A stretch of 64,000 nucleotides of DNA. It comes from Isurus oxyrinchus (lineage: Eukaryota). The notes beneath the pieces were generated by a model. That model saw only the letters and a list, made by a program, of their open reading frames with translations. It was not told the DNA's origin and made no database searches. Shown piece by piece: positions 38,108-49,979 of the stretch (position 1 is its first letter; each line of letters begins with the position of its first letter). The position numbers were made by a program, and so were the translations under genes. The DNA lies in assembly GCA_026770705.1 (NCBI GenBank), contig JANJGN010000004.1:69192001-69256000 (forward strand). The letters are read 5' to 3'.

Positions 38108-39002
38108 TGTCATGAAACTACCATACTTTTATCATAATATTTTTCTGGTCTATTGTGAAATACATTTATGGGAGTAAGTATAGTTCGGTCTATGTGTGAT
38201 TTAATTACATTTTGTAGTCAAGTAGACTGCAAGCTTTAAATCATCAAAAGAAACTAGGTGCTTGACATGCTAATGAGTAAACATGGATGCTGGCTTAGCA
38301 TGTAAGGCATTTTTAGATAAATGAAGGGTTATTTGGATTTCAAAGGAATCTTAGTCTGTTTACAACTGGCCAAATGAACAAGGCTAAGGAATGTGTTTAT
38401 TTTTCCCAAAGGCTACTGACAATATATAGTGGCAACATGAAAGTTTTTATATTATGAGGAAGATACAGTTTCAAAGTCATGTGGAACAATAGCATTTACA
38501 TATTAAAAAGAGAGAAACATATGTAAAGGTTATATGTCAGAAGGCCATGTAAGATCTAACAGGAGTGTGTAAAAAAGCCTTAATGAAGCCTCCAGCGTTT
38601 GTGTATGGGTCTGCTATGCAATACACCTGAAGGTGGGGAAAAGCCATTTGGAATTCCACTGTCCAAGGTATTGTGGTAACTTGCTGAGTTGGTTTTAAAT
38701 CTAAAATCTATTTTGGGCCGTTGCCTTAAAGGGGGTATAATTGGGGATCAGGTTAATTAGGAATTTTAGGAGTTACTACAGTATTTGTAGTCTTATGTAT
38801 ATGCTTCAAATCTTTTATATTTTGTTAATAAATATTTTAATTTAATTTTTAAAACTCTCTAATGGTCTTGGTGGACTTATACTTCTGAATTCAGTGCACA
38901 CATCTCATAATAAATACAAATTGCAAAGCCATTGTAATGGCACAACCAAGTTTCTCTTGTGGATTTGGTCCACCTGGCAAATGTAACTGCCATGTCATAA
39001 CA
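38108..39002 (+). repeat. 3' LTR
   Basis: TGTCATGAAACTACC...TGTCATAACA; preceded by AAAGAAGAGG. Confidence 0.95.
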
Positions 39003-40199
39003 CTTGGTTAAGTCTGAATGCCGCTTAACGCATCCCGAAGAGTGCTGGCAACCACTTGGGTGGCCAGAGTTTAGTGCGCTGCATGGCTGCCTGGAACCCC
39101 AAACACCTCTACCCCACTCCACCTGACCGATTGGTGGCAGCTTTGCCCATTGGACTGCATGCTGTGCTCTCAGATCAGGTGCAGGCATTCTCCTAACCCA
39201 CACTGCAAGGCTGCACTGTTAGCTTGAACCATGGAGGAAGCTGGTTCAAACCAGAATGATGACATTGCAAGGGGCTGTGAGCGCTTCCACCAGTGACTGC
39301 TCCATGGCCAGCTTTAGCGAGGAGATTGTACAACGTGCCTAGTCATTCTACTAAAATGCTGATTAGTTTGCAGTCTGTGTCTGAGGGGTTAAAAGTTCAG
39401 AGCGTTTGGTGGCACTTTCGGGCCTCTACATTGCTCGAGGGGGCAGATAAGCTAGAGGCTCAACTCTAAGCAAGTCAATGTAGCTGCGTCTAAACTGTCT
39501 CAGCTGCAGAGAAACGGTCACTTTATACAAAGTTTCCCTAATGCGTGGCCGCTTCCCTCCCACTTCCCCCCACCCCACATGTACTTGTGCTCTACCATCA
39601 ACTGCAGTGTATTACCCTTGTCCTCTCTCCCCAAGTTGTCTCAACCGCAGTGCAGCACTTTCCCCCACCCAAGTCTCCTCGACCACAGTGTGGCCCTTGC
39701 CACCACCCCCCCTCCTCTAAAGTCACCTCCACCTTGAAGTCCAACAGGTGACCCTAGTGAGTGCTGCGCAACATTACTGTGCACTCACCTCCAAGTTCCC
39801 CTCAAAATGCAGCCTGCCAACTGCGCGCCTTATAAATGCTGTTGTGAAACACGTTGGCGTGATCTTGGACGATCCAGCGTGAGGGGATGATTGGGCTGGG
39901 ATGGGCTTATAATGATATGCAGGTGTATTATAATGAGGTTCCTGATGTTCGACGACAGGAAACACGGCCTGCCATTGACAGGCAGAGTAGATAATTGCAA
40001 ACTGGTTTCACGATGTCATGAAACAGGTTTTTGGCCTTCTCGCCATATTGTCTGCTCACGCCAACGAACACACCCGATGCCAGCAGGTACGAAAAATTCC
40101 ACCCATAGATTCAGACTCTCTAAATTGCCGGGACTCGAGGCATGGATTGTAATGGCACTGCACATAAAAATCGGACCATCTAATACCGGCACTAGCAGA

Positions 40200-40830
40200 G
40201 AAGCATTGCTACCCCATATGACTCCTAGTTCCAGATTTTCCAGCTAGGGGAAATAGTCTCGCCGCATCTACCCTGTCAAGGCTTGTAAGAATTTTACACA
40301 TTCAATGAGGTTAACTCTCCTTCTTTTAAATTCCAGACAATATAAACTCATTCCAATCAATCTTTCCTCACTGAAAAATCCTTTGATTCCAAGGATCTAT
40401 CTAATGAAACTTCATTACACCCCCTCTAAGGCAAGAATATTCATTCCTAGCTCAGGAGACCACAGCTTTACACAGTACACTAGATGTGATCTCACTAAAG
40501 CCTATATTGTAACAATACTTCCTTATTCTTGTACTCCAACCCCTTTGTAATAAAGATGGACATACAATTTGCCTTTCTAATTGCTATACCTGACTTTCTG
40601 TGGTTTGTGTACAAGGATACCCCAATCTCTGCATACCAGTATTTCCCAGTCTTTCATTTTTTTAAGAAAATTCAGTTTTTTTATTCTTCCTACCAAAGTA
40701 TATAATTTCATGTTTTCCCACATTATATTCCACCTTCTTGCCCTATCATTTAATCTGTCCATATCCCTTTGCAGCCTCTCTGCATCTTCCTGGCAGCTTG
40801 CTTTCTTGTGTAGTTTTTTATCATCTGCTG
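40200..40830 (-). mobile_element. Decayed CR1 RT/3' fragment
   Basis: Aligns with 24520-25150; ERLQRDMDRLND translation. Confidence 0.75.
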
Positions 40831-40859
40831 TTACATCTAACAATGTATTTACTGGTTGT

Positions 40860-41455
40860 TATATCAACAACAACTCACGTTTATATCGCACCTTTAACAT
40901 AATAAGATATCCCAAGGCACTTCACAGAGACACAAAATTTGACATGGGGAGATATCAAGACAGGTGACCAAGAGCGTGGTCAAAGAGGTAGATTTTAAGG
41001 AGCATCTTAAAAGAGGAGAAATGGGTAGAGAAACACAGGTGTTTAGGGGAGGAATTCCAGAGCCCAGGATCTAGGCAGCTGAAGGCATGGCTGCCAATAG
41101 TAGAGTGAGCAAATTCCAGGATACGTAAAATACCAGAATTGGAGAAGCTCAGAGTTCTTGGAGAGTTATAGAGCCAGAGACGTTACAGACAGGGAGGATG
41201 AGGCCATGGAAGGATTTGAAGACAAGGATGAGGATTTTAAAGTTGAGGTTTTCTGGAGCCAGGAACCAATACAAGTCAGCAAGTACAGCTATACTGGGTA
41301 AATATATCTTAGGATGTGGGCAGGAGGGTTTTAGATGACCTCAAGTTTATGCAGGGTGAAAGATGTGAAGCCAGACAGGAGCGCCTTGGAGTAGTTGAAT
41401 CGAGAGGTAACAGAGGCACGGATAAGTGTTTCAGGAGCAGGGGTGGAGATGTAAA
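40860..41455 (-). mobile_element. L2 LINE 3' fragment
   Basis: Begins with a CAA-repeat tail; shares GGTCAAAGAGGTAGATTTTAAGGAGCATCTTAAA with 54992-55025. Confidence 0.75.
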
Positions 41456-43077
41456 CATGTATTTTGCTGATCGTTGCGTCCAGTGAAGCGTTTTACTGGT
41501 TTTTGAATACTATTGGTTGCAGAATGTAGCTATATACTTGTTGGTTGATTTACTGTGAAGCTTTTTTTTCAGTTTGGAAATGAATATAAAGGGAGGCCTG
41601 AACTTCCCAGGAAAGAGGTCCAAGGCTGCTGGATGCAGAAGCGGGCTGTGCAAAAAGCCGGCCGGCCCTGGTGCACCTGCACTCTGTCAAGGCTATGAAA
41701 ATGAACAATAAAACAAAAACAGCCCTCCAGCCCTCATCCCTCACACCTGCTCACCCCTCCACCCACAACCCATGCTGTATCCATGCCAATCCATGCCACC
41801 TCATACCCTCCATGCCAATCTATGCTCCTCTACCAACTCCCTTTGGCCCTTTCTTGCCCCTTTGCCAACTTAGTGCCAACTCATGCCAGCCCATGCCCCC
41901 ACCAACCACCCTTTGCCCTTACACCCACCACATCAGCTCACTCAGTATTTACCATGGGCAGACCTCAAGAACAATGCTGGGATTAAATAAATTCCTTAAG
42001 TGTCTATTAATGAATTTACTGGGTTTTCCAGAAATTTTCACCCAAAGTCTTTGGACTTTTGGCTGCCTCTCCAGATTTTCCAGGACACCTGTGGCAATTC
42101 CCGTCATGGGTGGGACCAGGAAATTCCAACCACTATTTAGAAAAAAAACACTCTCATTCATAAATACTCATTCACTACGGTTAAATTCCTCTAATTCCTT
42201 ATGAAAACAGGCACTTGCAATCATGGCCCCAATTCAAAGGCTTTATAACCACTTGGAGTTGTCAAACAAATAGTGACAGGCACCCTGTGAAAATGAAAGG
42301 TTGTAAAATCAGTCAAGCATCACTCATCCTGCAATGATAGCATTCGAACTGCAATGATATCCCAGGCTATGTCAACAGACAGGGTGAAATAGCAAGCACT
42401 GACTTTTTTAACACTGTAGATTTTTTTTAAATTAAAGGGCAGGAGATTTAAATCTATTGACAGCTGCCTTGACAGTTCTCTTGGTTGATCCAATGAGTTT
42501 ATATACCCTTTATGCACATTTATGTCTAATTTTAACAATCCCAAAGGGCACCTTACCATTCCCAAAAGACACTTTACCTCTCCCAGAAGTATCCTGGGAT
42601 CACACCTAAAAAGGGTATCTTACATCTTCAAAGAACTCCAGCAGCTTTAGAGCTTCTCTTACCTGATCTAAAGTGCACATGTTTTAGACATACTACTGGT
42701 GAAAATCAGACCTCACTGAGGCAGCTGTACTTTACCATGTGCAGTTGTCTCTGTGAACCATAGGTGTGGATATTAAAACCCACCTTCACACATCCTGACA
42801 CAATGGTTGGGGCTGAGTTTGGGGCGGCACTTCCGGATCCAGGCCTCCACTGCCATTGTGCCATTGTCGCAAAGACAGGGAGTCTCTCTGCCTGCATGAA
42901 AATTCAGGCCTGGGGGTTTTACTTCAGATAAGCTAAGTTTGGATCTTTTCATGAACTTGCTCTTTCTTGTTTACCAAATTGCTGCTGCAACATCGTTGCC
43001 TAATCCAGTGTTACCTGACATATTACATCTGGATTTTCATTAACTCCCATTTCAGTATGAGAGAAAATTGAACCCAT

Positions 43078-43638
43078 GGGCAAAATTTTTACCTCGGCAG
43101 ATGGGTGCATGCCCGACCCGCTTGAGCGTAAAATGACGCATGTTGACGTTGGACGAGCGACCCGATGTCAACGCGCAGTAGCGTGATATTTTGGTCAAAC
43201 TGGAACACACCTGAGTCAGCAGCGCGCCCGCCGACAATTAAAAGGCCTACTAGGGCCATTAACAAAGCAATTAAAATAAATTTGTCGCTGCCCGTCCAAC
43301 CTTACGGCTGTGACGCAAGGGGACATATTTTATAACATTTCTCATTTCTTTATTACTTTTTAAAAAGCTCTTCATCTCCCTGAGGCAGCTCTGTGCCTCA
43401 GGGAGATTACCAAGCAAGCATAGCACATGCACTATGTTCGCATTCATCCTGCTCGCCCTCCTCCCCCTGCCCGTACAGGCAGCGCCGAGCGCTACCGCTC
43501 GTGCTTCAAGCTGGGCGGGCCTTAATTGGCCTGCCAGTGTGAAATCGCCTTCTGGCCTCAATCACGGGCAGCGGTCGGCTTCCCTACCGCCCCCGCCTGC
43601 CCCCACCGAGCTCACCCGACAAGGGCAAAATTCTGCCC
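43078..43638. mobile_element. Harbinger-type MITE
   Basis: TIRs GGGCAAAATTTT...AAAATTCTGCCC; same family as 20382-21072. Confidence 0.85.
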
Positions 43639-44999
43639 TATGAAAGGACAGCTTGACCACTAATATATTATGAATTCAACTGCGTAAGTGAGAAATAAAG
43701 ATGTGGGTTTTAAATATATCATTTCTCAGATACCAGTGAAAATCTCTTGCGTGAATTGCATGCAAATCCTGATTTCGACCTGCTCTTCTGAAGCACCCAG
43801 CTGTGATTTTTATTCAGGCCTGAATGGAGAAGCCACCACACTCAAGCAAATCAGTACAGCATCTGAACATGAAGAGACATTGGTTCTAGTGGGGCCAAAA
43901 GGAGTAAGAGTTTGGACTGGACTACCCCCACAGCACATCGCTTTTTCTTCCCAGATGACTCCTCGCAGAAATCCTGAACTGCAAGACGGTAGGCATCCAA
44001 GGGTTCTCAATTACATATGGCCTTCCCATTATTGCTGAGAAATGGAGAAGAGGACCACCAACAAGGCATAAGGCCTGGTGGTTAAAATTGGCAAGTTCCC
44101 ATGCTTCTAGCGGGTAGGTCGGATAGTAATCGACTCCTATGGTTTCCTGCTGAAAACTGACTGAGAGTTAAAACTGACCTCAAGGTTTCACATCAGCTCC
44201 CCACAGAGAATGCACTGTTCTTTCAAACTGAATAGTGTTGGAGCCATTCTACAAAGAAAAAGATTAGCTGTGCAAAAGGGTACAGAGCTACCCTAGCCAA
44301 TGTGGTTTTCATTGTGGGGACAGACAGGAATAAAAATAATGAAGCTCATATATGTATAGTGTAGACTCACATGGCAGAGTGCCCAGGAGAAAGAAAGAAA
44401 AAAAGCTCTACTTCCTGCCAAGATGCTAGGACAAGAAGAAAAGGCAGCAAGAAAATGGCAATACAACAAATCCTGAACTTAGTTCAAGGCAGGACTTTCA
44501 GAAAAGCTTGTATAAGAATTATTTAAATTGGTTGGCAACCTGTAAACATATACATTCTATAACATTTCAGGATGCAAAAGCACACTCAAAAATGTATTGG
44601 AATTATACTTCTAATAAAGCTCTCCCCAGCTTTGAATGCAAGTCACTTCAAAAGAAGCATCGTGAAATTTTAATAATGCTAATATTAAATGATCTCACCT
44701 AACTTGAAGTTTCATGCTTCTTTCTGTAAATTACAATAACTACGTTCGTTTATCCAGTGAGTTACTGAGCTAGACTGTATAGGAAGATTCTAGGTTCATG
44801 GTCTGTGCTGAGTTAACCATTCTCTAGCAGTGCAGTTGGCCTCTTACCTGAGGTCTTAGAAGGAAAAATCTGCAATGTTCCTGTCCCTGATTATTATCCA
44901 GTCCACTAAAAGGGTGAACAGTGGACGAGGACAGGAGAGGGTTAGTTTCTGTCATATAGTCTGACAACATTCACTGGCAAGGCTCTCCCGCAAACAATG

Positions 45000-46262
45000 G
45001 CAACTTGGGTGAAGTTTGTATGGAACTCTAATTGGAAAGGAATCAACATCTGAAAGGGAAGGAGGGCAAGTGAGGAAGGAGGAGTCTTGTTTGTAGGTAA
45101 CTGCTACGGTCGATCTGTGCCCAGAAGGTTCTGCTGCAAACAGGACAGGATACTGCAGATGATTGAGTTTTGGATGAGTTGCTGACTCAGTATTTCCACT
45201 CCTTGAATTTTCTCTCTGCCTCTGATATGCACTTGCTTTTGGACTAGGCTGCACCATTTCTTATTTGATTGTACCAGATGCAGCGATCCTGGGCAACCTT
45301 CTCCCAGGTCTCGAAGTCGATATCAAACTACTAAGTGAAGCTTTCAGAGTAGTTCTTCCTTTGACCACCATGAGAGCAACCCCAGACTCAAGCTCTCCAT
45401 GGAAGATTCACTTTGATAAGCGAGTTTCAGGTATTCTGGCTACATAGCCAGTCCAATCCAATTGTGACTGTTGCAATTTGGTGTGAATGCCTGGCATGCC
45501 AGCTCAAGGGAGTACCTCAGTGTCTGGTATTTTGTCCTGCCATCTGGTCTTCAGAAGCTTCCGAAGACAGCTAAAGTGAAAATGGTAGAGCTTCTTGACA
45601 TGAAGCTCGTACAGAGTCCAAGTCTCGCATGCACAGAGAGAGTGGACAGGATAATTGTTTAGTAGGCTTTCAGTTTTGTAGGCAGAATTACCCATCTTCA
45701 TTCCCAGATTGATGCTCAAAGTCTGCCGACAGCTACACTTGCTTTGGCAATTCTTGCAGGTGTCTCGTCATCAATATAGACTGCTCAAGAGGGTGCGCTG
45801 CTGAAATAAATGAACTTATCCACTGCTGACAAGTTCTGGTCATGGACTGAAACCTTGGGCTTGAGGTAGAATTTCATGGAGCAGGCTGGTGCATTACTTC
45901 AGTTTTCTTCATGCTCATTGTAAGACCAAAGTTTTCGAATGCATTGGAGAACAAGTCCACGCTACATTGCATGTCCAGCTCTGAACCAGCAGCTAGTGCA
46001 CAATCATCGGCAAACAGGGAATTGTATCACATGTCCTTGGAGACCTTGGTCTTTTCCTGGAATTGCCCCAGATTGAGAAACTTCCCATCCATGGGATATC
46101 TGATTTTGATGCCAGGATCACTGCCACGGAAGGGATCGGAGAGCATGGTGGAGAAGAACATGCTGAAGGGGATTAGTGTAACATGCAGCCCACTTTAATT
46201 TCATTAGTGACTGAGAATGGGTCAGAAGAGTCACCATCATCCACAACACACGTGAGCATGTT
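45000..46262 (-). mobile_element. RTE-clade LINE RT/3' fragment
   Basis: Minus strand LFADDCAL (~45995-46018) and LCACETWTLY...CLRKLLKTRWQDKIPDTEVL. Confidence 0.85.
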
Positions 46263-46264
46263 TT

Positions 46265-46785
46265 CAGTAAAACTACTTTCAAGCTGCTTTGAATAACAAA
46301 CCTAGTCCAGGTAAAACATACATATAGTCGCTTGACAGTACAGGACTTGAGTATTGCTGAAAAAGAGGCAATCTGTCAAAGCTATTCATCTTGCATTCAT
46401 CAGGACAGATGCAAGAATGCCAAATTTCAAAGGGAACAACAATTTATACAGCATGAGAAAAGGAGTGCTAATTGGTTGGCAGATTGGCTCTGATTGGTCA
46501 AGATGTTGCCATGAGGAAGGCACAGGGAGCTTTTGTTCCCCCATGCTTTTATTTATTCAAAAAGGTGCCATTTCTGGACATATTCCTTTTGCCTGCAGAG
46601 TGCAGGTCCCTGCATATGAATATATGTAGCTTCTAACAATTGTTTTGTCAGTATAATTCTTAGCACACTCAGGATGGTTCAGCAAGTGCTGCCCAATTGT
46701 GCAAACAGATTTAACACAAGGCATCATGTTTTGAGTTTTGCAAGCACATGTTGGTTAAGTAAGGTCAGTACTCTACTAATTGCGA
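46265..46785 (-). mobile_element. 3' fragment of a second PLE family (GIY-YIG C-terminus and pLTR)
   Basis: Minus-strand remnant LEATYIH...LCRQKE near 46580-46640; hammerhead-like motif downstream. Confidence 0.6.
46371..46410 (-). ncRNA. Degenerate minimal hammerhead motif
   Basis: Minus strand ATCTGTC-CTGATGA-ATGCAAGAT-GAATAGCTTT-GACAGAT: perfect 7-bp stem I and canonical CUGAUGA, but GAAA and the cleavage site are mutated. Confidence 0.6.
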
Positions 46786-47919
46786 ACAGCCAGAGAGATG
46801 TGCTGATTGATTCAATCCACCAGTTACTGGGACTTATTTGTATAAAACATATACAAACTAAATTTAGTCCTGCATCAAACAGGTTTGGCCCACGTGTACG
46901 ATCACATTTATTTGCAATGCAAATCGGTTGGACTAAATTTTTGAATGGTCTCCTTGGAGAAGAAGACATACCCAACAGTCTATCTCTGATGTATAATTTG
47001 ATCCAGTCCTTGACAGGCAGACAAGCAGGCTTCAGAGCATACACTGGTGTGACTGAACAGTGTGACTGAGGAAGTTGCAAATCATGTGAGAATGGTGATT
47101 TGGTAGAATTGCACAAAATGAGCTGCAGCCAGGTTTACAAAAATCCTGTTATCTGCTGCTCTGCATTAGTGATTATAGTTGTCCTTGGCTGGTAAAATAA
47201 GAGGCTTTTACCCCAATTAGTGGGTTAGTTATTTCTTTGGAGTTTTATTTTTTTTCCCTTCAGGAAATGATGAAAATTCTTTAATTCAGAATGAAGGGAC
47301 CAAGGTCAAGGCTACTTCTTTAAGGCAGAAACAATTAGTAAAATAGGAAATGGAAAACAAGAAGAGCAAGTACTCAGTGCCCTCAAGATCTTAGTGGTGC
47401 AGCAGGAAGCTAGTAGGATTTGGCAGTAATTAAATCAATGAGTGAAGGTGTGTGGGTTGGGGGTAAGGGTGTGTTTGGGTGCTTGTGTGTGATGTGTGGG
47501 GTGCACGTCTGTGGGGTCCAGGCTTGTGGGGATATAAACTTGAAGTGGGATAATTTGCTAGGTTATTGGTAAAATCATGCCATGTGGACTAAAACTGACT
47601 GCTGTTTCAAAGAACTGGCAGAGGTATGATGGGCCGAATGGCCTCCTGTTGTAAGATTCTGTGATTCAGCATGCATATTCCTCCTTACATCAGGGTTGGT
47701 CACCTGGCTTGAAGGTATCAATTTCGAGTCCATTTATGGAGTTTCCTGCTTTCGTGCTTCCCAGCACATGAGTTTCCAGCATTCATTTCAGCCCCGGAAT
47801 TTCTGCCCATGACCCAGGTATTGGTTCACTGAATCCATCACTCAGTGTTGAGGTGATTCTAAACTTCCACCATCATACCAGAACTGCAGCAACCTCAAAA
47901 GGTCATTGCTTACCTCCCC

Positions 47920-47994
47920 CTTTCATTACCTTCCACCTCACTCCCTTTCATTACTTCCCACCTCACCCCCTTCTATCACCTCCCACCTCACCCC
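47920..47994. repeat. 25-bp tandem repeat, three copies
   Basis: CTTTCATTACCTTCCACCTCACTCC-like units at 47920, 47945 and 47970. Confidence 0.85.
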
Positions 47995-48970
47995 CACCCC
48001 ACACAAAGAGGATAACCACCAACTGATATGACAGAGCTCATCAATGTGGATCAGAGACTTCTCGTGGTGGACAGCAAGAAGCAGGAACTATGTACACATG
48101 GCCTGAAAAGCAGCATAATACATCATTAAATGCATGAGTGCATTACTGCTACCATCTGTACCACGGCATGAACAATACTATACCACCAATTAGGGATGTG
48201 CAGCATCAACAGTAGCGATCTGCCTCTAGGCTCCAAGCTGGAAAACAGTGTGCTTCAGTAAGCAGGCCTCGCTTTCAGGCTCCACACTCAGCAATGTAAC
48301 AAGCCCAGGAACAGCACCAACACGCTTCAGTAGACACGTCCCATTTTGGTCTCCTGTTCCTAAGTATGTTGTTTCTGAGCCTGTTACATTGTCTAGCTGA
48401 GCCTGGAGGCAGGTAGCCGCTGTTCATCAGGCCACCTGCAAGTAGTTCCTGGTTCTTACTCTCTACCAAGCGATGCCTCAGATCCATTTACAGGCAAGGC
48501 AATGTAACAGGCTCTGGAACCAACATAATTCAGCAGGCAGGCCTTGCTTCCAGTTTCACTTCCCATTGGCACTCCCATGACTGGGCATATGCGCATGTGC
48601 CACCTATTGAGTCCTTACGCAATGTCCTGAACAGGAGCGTATGTGCGGAGGGATCCAATGTGCCTTGCAATTAATCGCTCCATACATTTATATTCTACAG
48701 TTTCTCTCCTTCCCTCTTGCTATTTGCCTCAGTTCATTCCATTTGTATTATTCATAAGAGGAAGCAGCAGAAACAATGGCCCAGAGTTTGCTGAGAAAAG
48801 AACAATATTATGGTGGTACATGCACACCATTATTTATGCGCATATCAGCCAAAAACTTGTGATGAGGAAATAATACTCTGAATTTGTGAATCATCACAAG
48901 TTTCTAGATGATTTGTGTCATAAGCTTCACAAAAATGCATCTCATGCCTAACCCCTCTGTGAGTTTCATG

Positions 48971-49619
48971 GGGCAGGATTTTATGCGTTGGTGAGTGGGG
49001 GCGGGGCCCGCTCGCCAGCGCGTTAAATGATGTGCAGTGCCGTCGGGTGGAACTCCTGATGAAGCCACACCTCATATAAATTTTCAGGAAGGCGGGGGCA
49101 CAGCAAAATCAGCTGCGGGCCCGGCGACCTATCAATGGCCGATTAAGGTTGGGGGGCAGGCCAGGAGCCCCGGTGCGAATTAGAAAAAGCATGAAACCTC
49201 ATCCATGGGCGGGATGAGGTTTCATGTAGGTTTTTAAAATTTTTAATAAAGTTTTTGTAAAAATTATGGACATGTCCCAACTCATGTGAGAGTGTCACAT
49301 GAGGGATGAGGGGACATGTAAGAAAAATCTTATTTTTCTATTTTTTGGTTTTTAACATTTACAGCCGATCTCCCTGAGGCTGCACTTAGCCTCAGGAAGA
49401 TGAGTGCGTTCTTTCGTGCGCATGAGTGAAAGAGCGCACTTTCGATTTTGGGATTCGGCCCCCATCCACACAGGGAGTGCATAGCGCTTCCGTGCTGACG
49501 TCACACTGGGCAGGCATAAAATGGCACTACGTCCCCAATCGGAGGCACCGATTGGAAGCGCGCCCACACGCGCCCGCCCACCCATCAACTTTCCCCCCAA
49601 TGGGGGGAAAATTCAGCCC
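48971..49619. mobile_element. Harbinger-type MITE (related subfamily)
   Basis: TIRs GGGCAGGATTTT...AAAATTCAGCCC; shares the GAAACCTCATCC...GGATGAGGTTTC hairpin with 20769-20798. Confidence 0.8.
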
Positions 49620-49979
49620 CTGAAGTTTCTGTATTAAATAGTTGCCCATTAAACTCACCACAGGAAGTTAAGTCTTGTAATTAACTGAATAAGCATCCTT
49701 TTAATGACATAGTGGGTGAGAAATTCATGTATTCCAACTTTTGGGTGCAGGGCGCATGATTCATGCCATGCCCGCGTCTCTGCAGATCAAGGTGAGCAAG
49801 GCACAAAATCCATCTACCCAATTCAGTTGAATGATTTCGCAATTCCTGTGCCTCCAGAACCACCTTCTCCTTTTCATCACTGCCAGCAAGCTCTGCACAC
49901 AGTAGGAGGCCCAAGCAGCATTGCTGCAGAGCACGTGGTGCAGACAGCCTGAGCTTTCTTAAAGACAGGCTGCCTCTTA

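Larger units (their letters stand above)
33081..39002 (+). mobile_element. Two-LTR Gmr1-type Gypsy provirus, decayed, protease region deleted
   Basis: TG...CA LTRs; CTTGG on both flanks (33076-33080, 39003-39007); PBS TGGGGGCTCATGCGGGAT after 33990; purine tract before 38108; gag with knuckle, then IN (35364-36450), RT (DYRKVN, YIDD at ~37141) and RH (ADASD). Confidence 0.95.
31518..40104 (-). mobile_element. Harbinger derivative B (transposase only), split by a Gypsy provirus
   Basis: TIRs GGGGAGAATTTT (31518) and AAAATTCCACCC (40104); ATA on both flanks; contains a transposase pseudogene. Confidence 0.8.

Noticed and set aside
46674-47116. Opposing 130-aa ORFs as host exons
   Set aside because: No recognisable domain or convincing splice sites; they partly overlap a PLE remnant.
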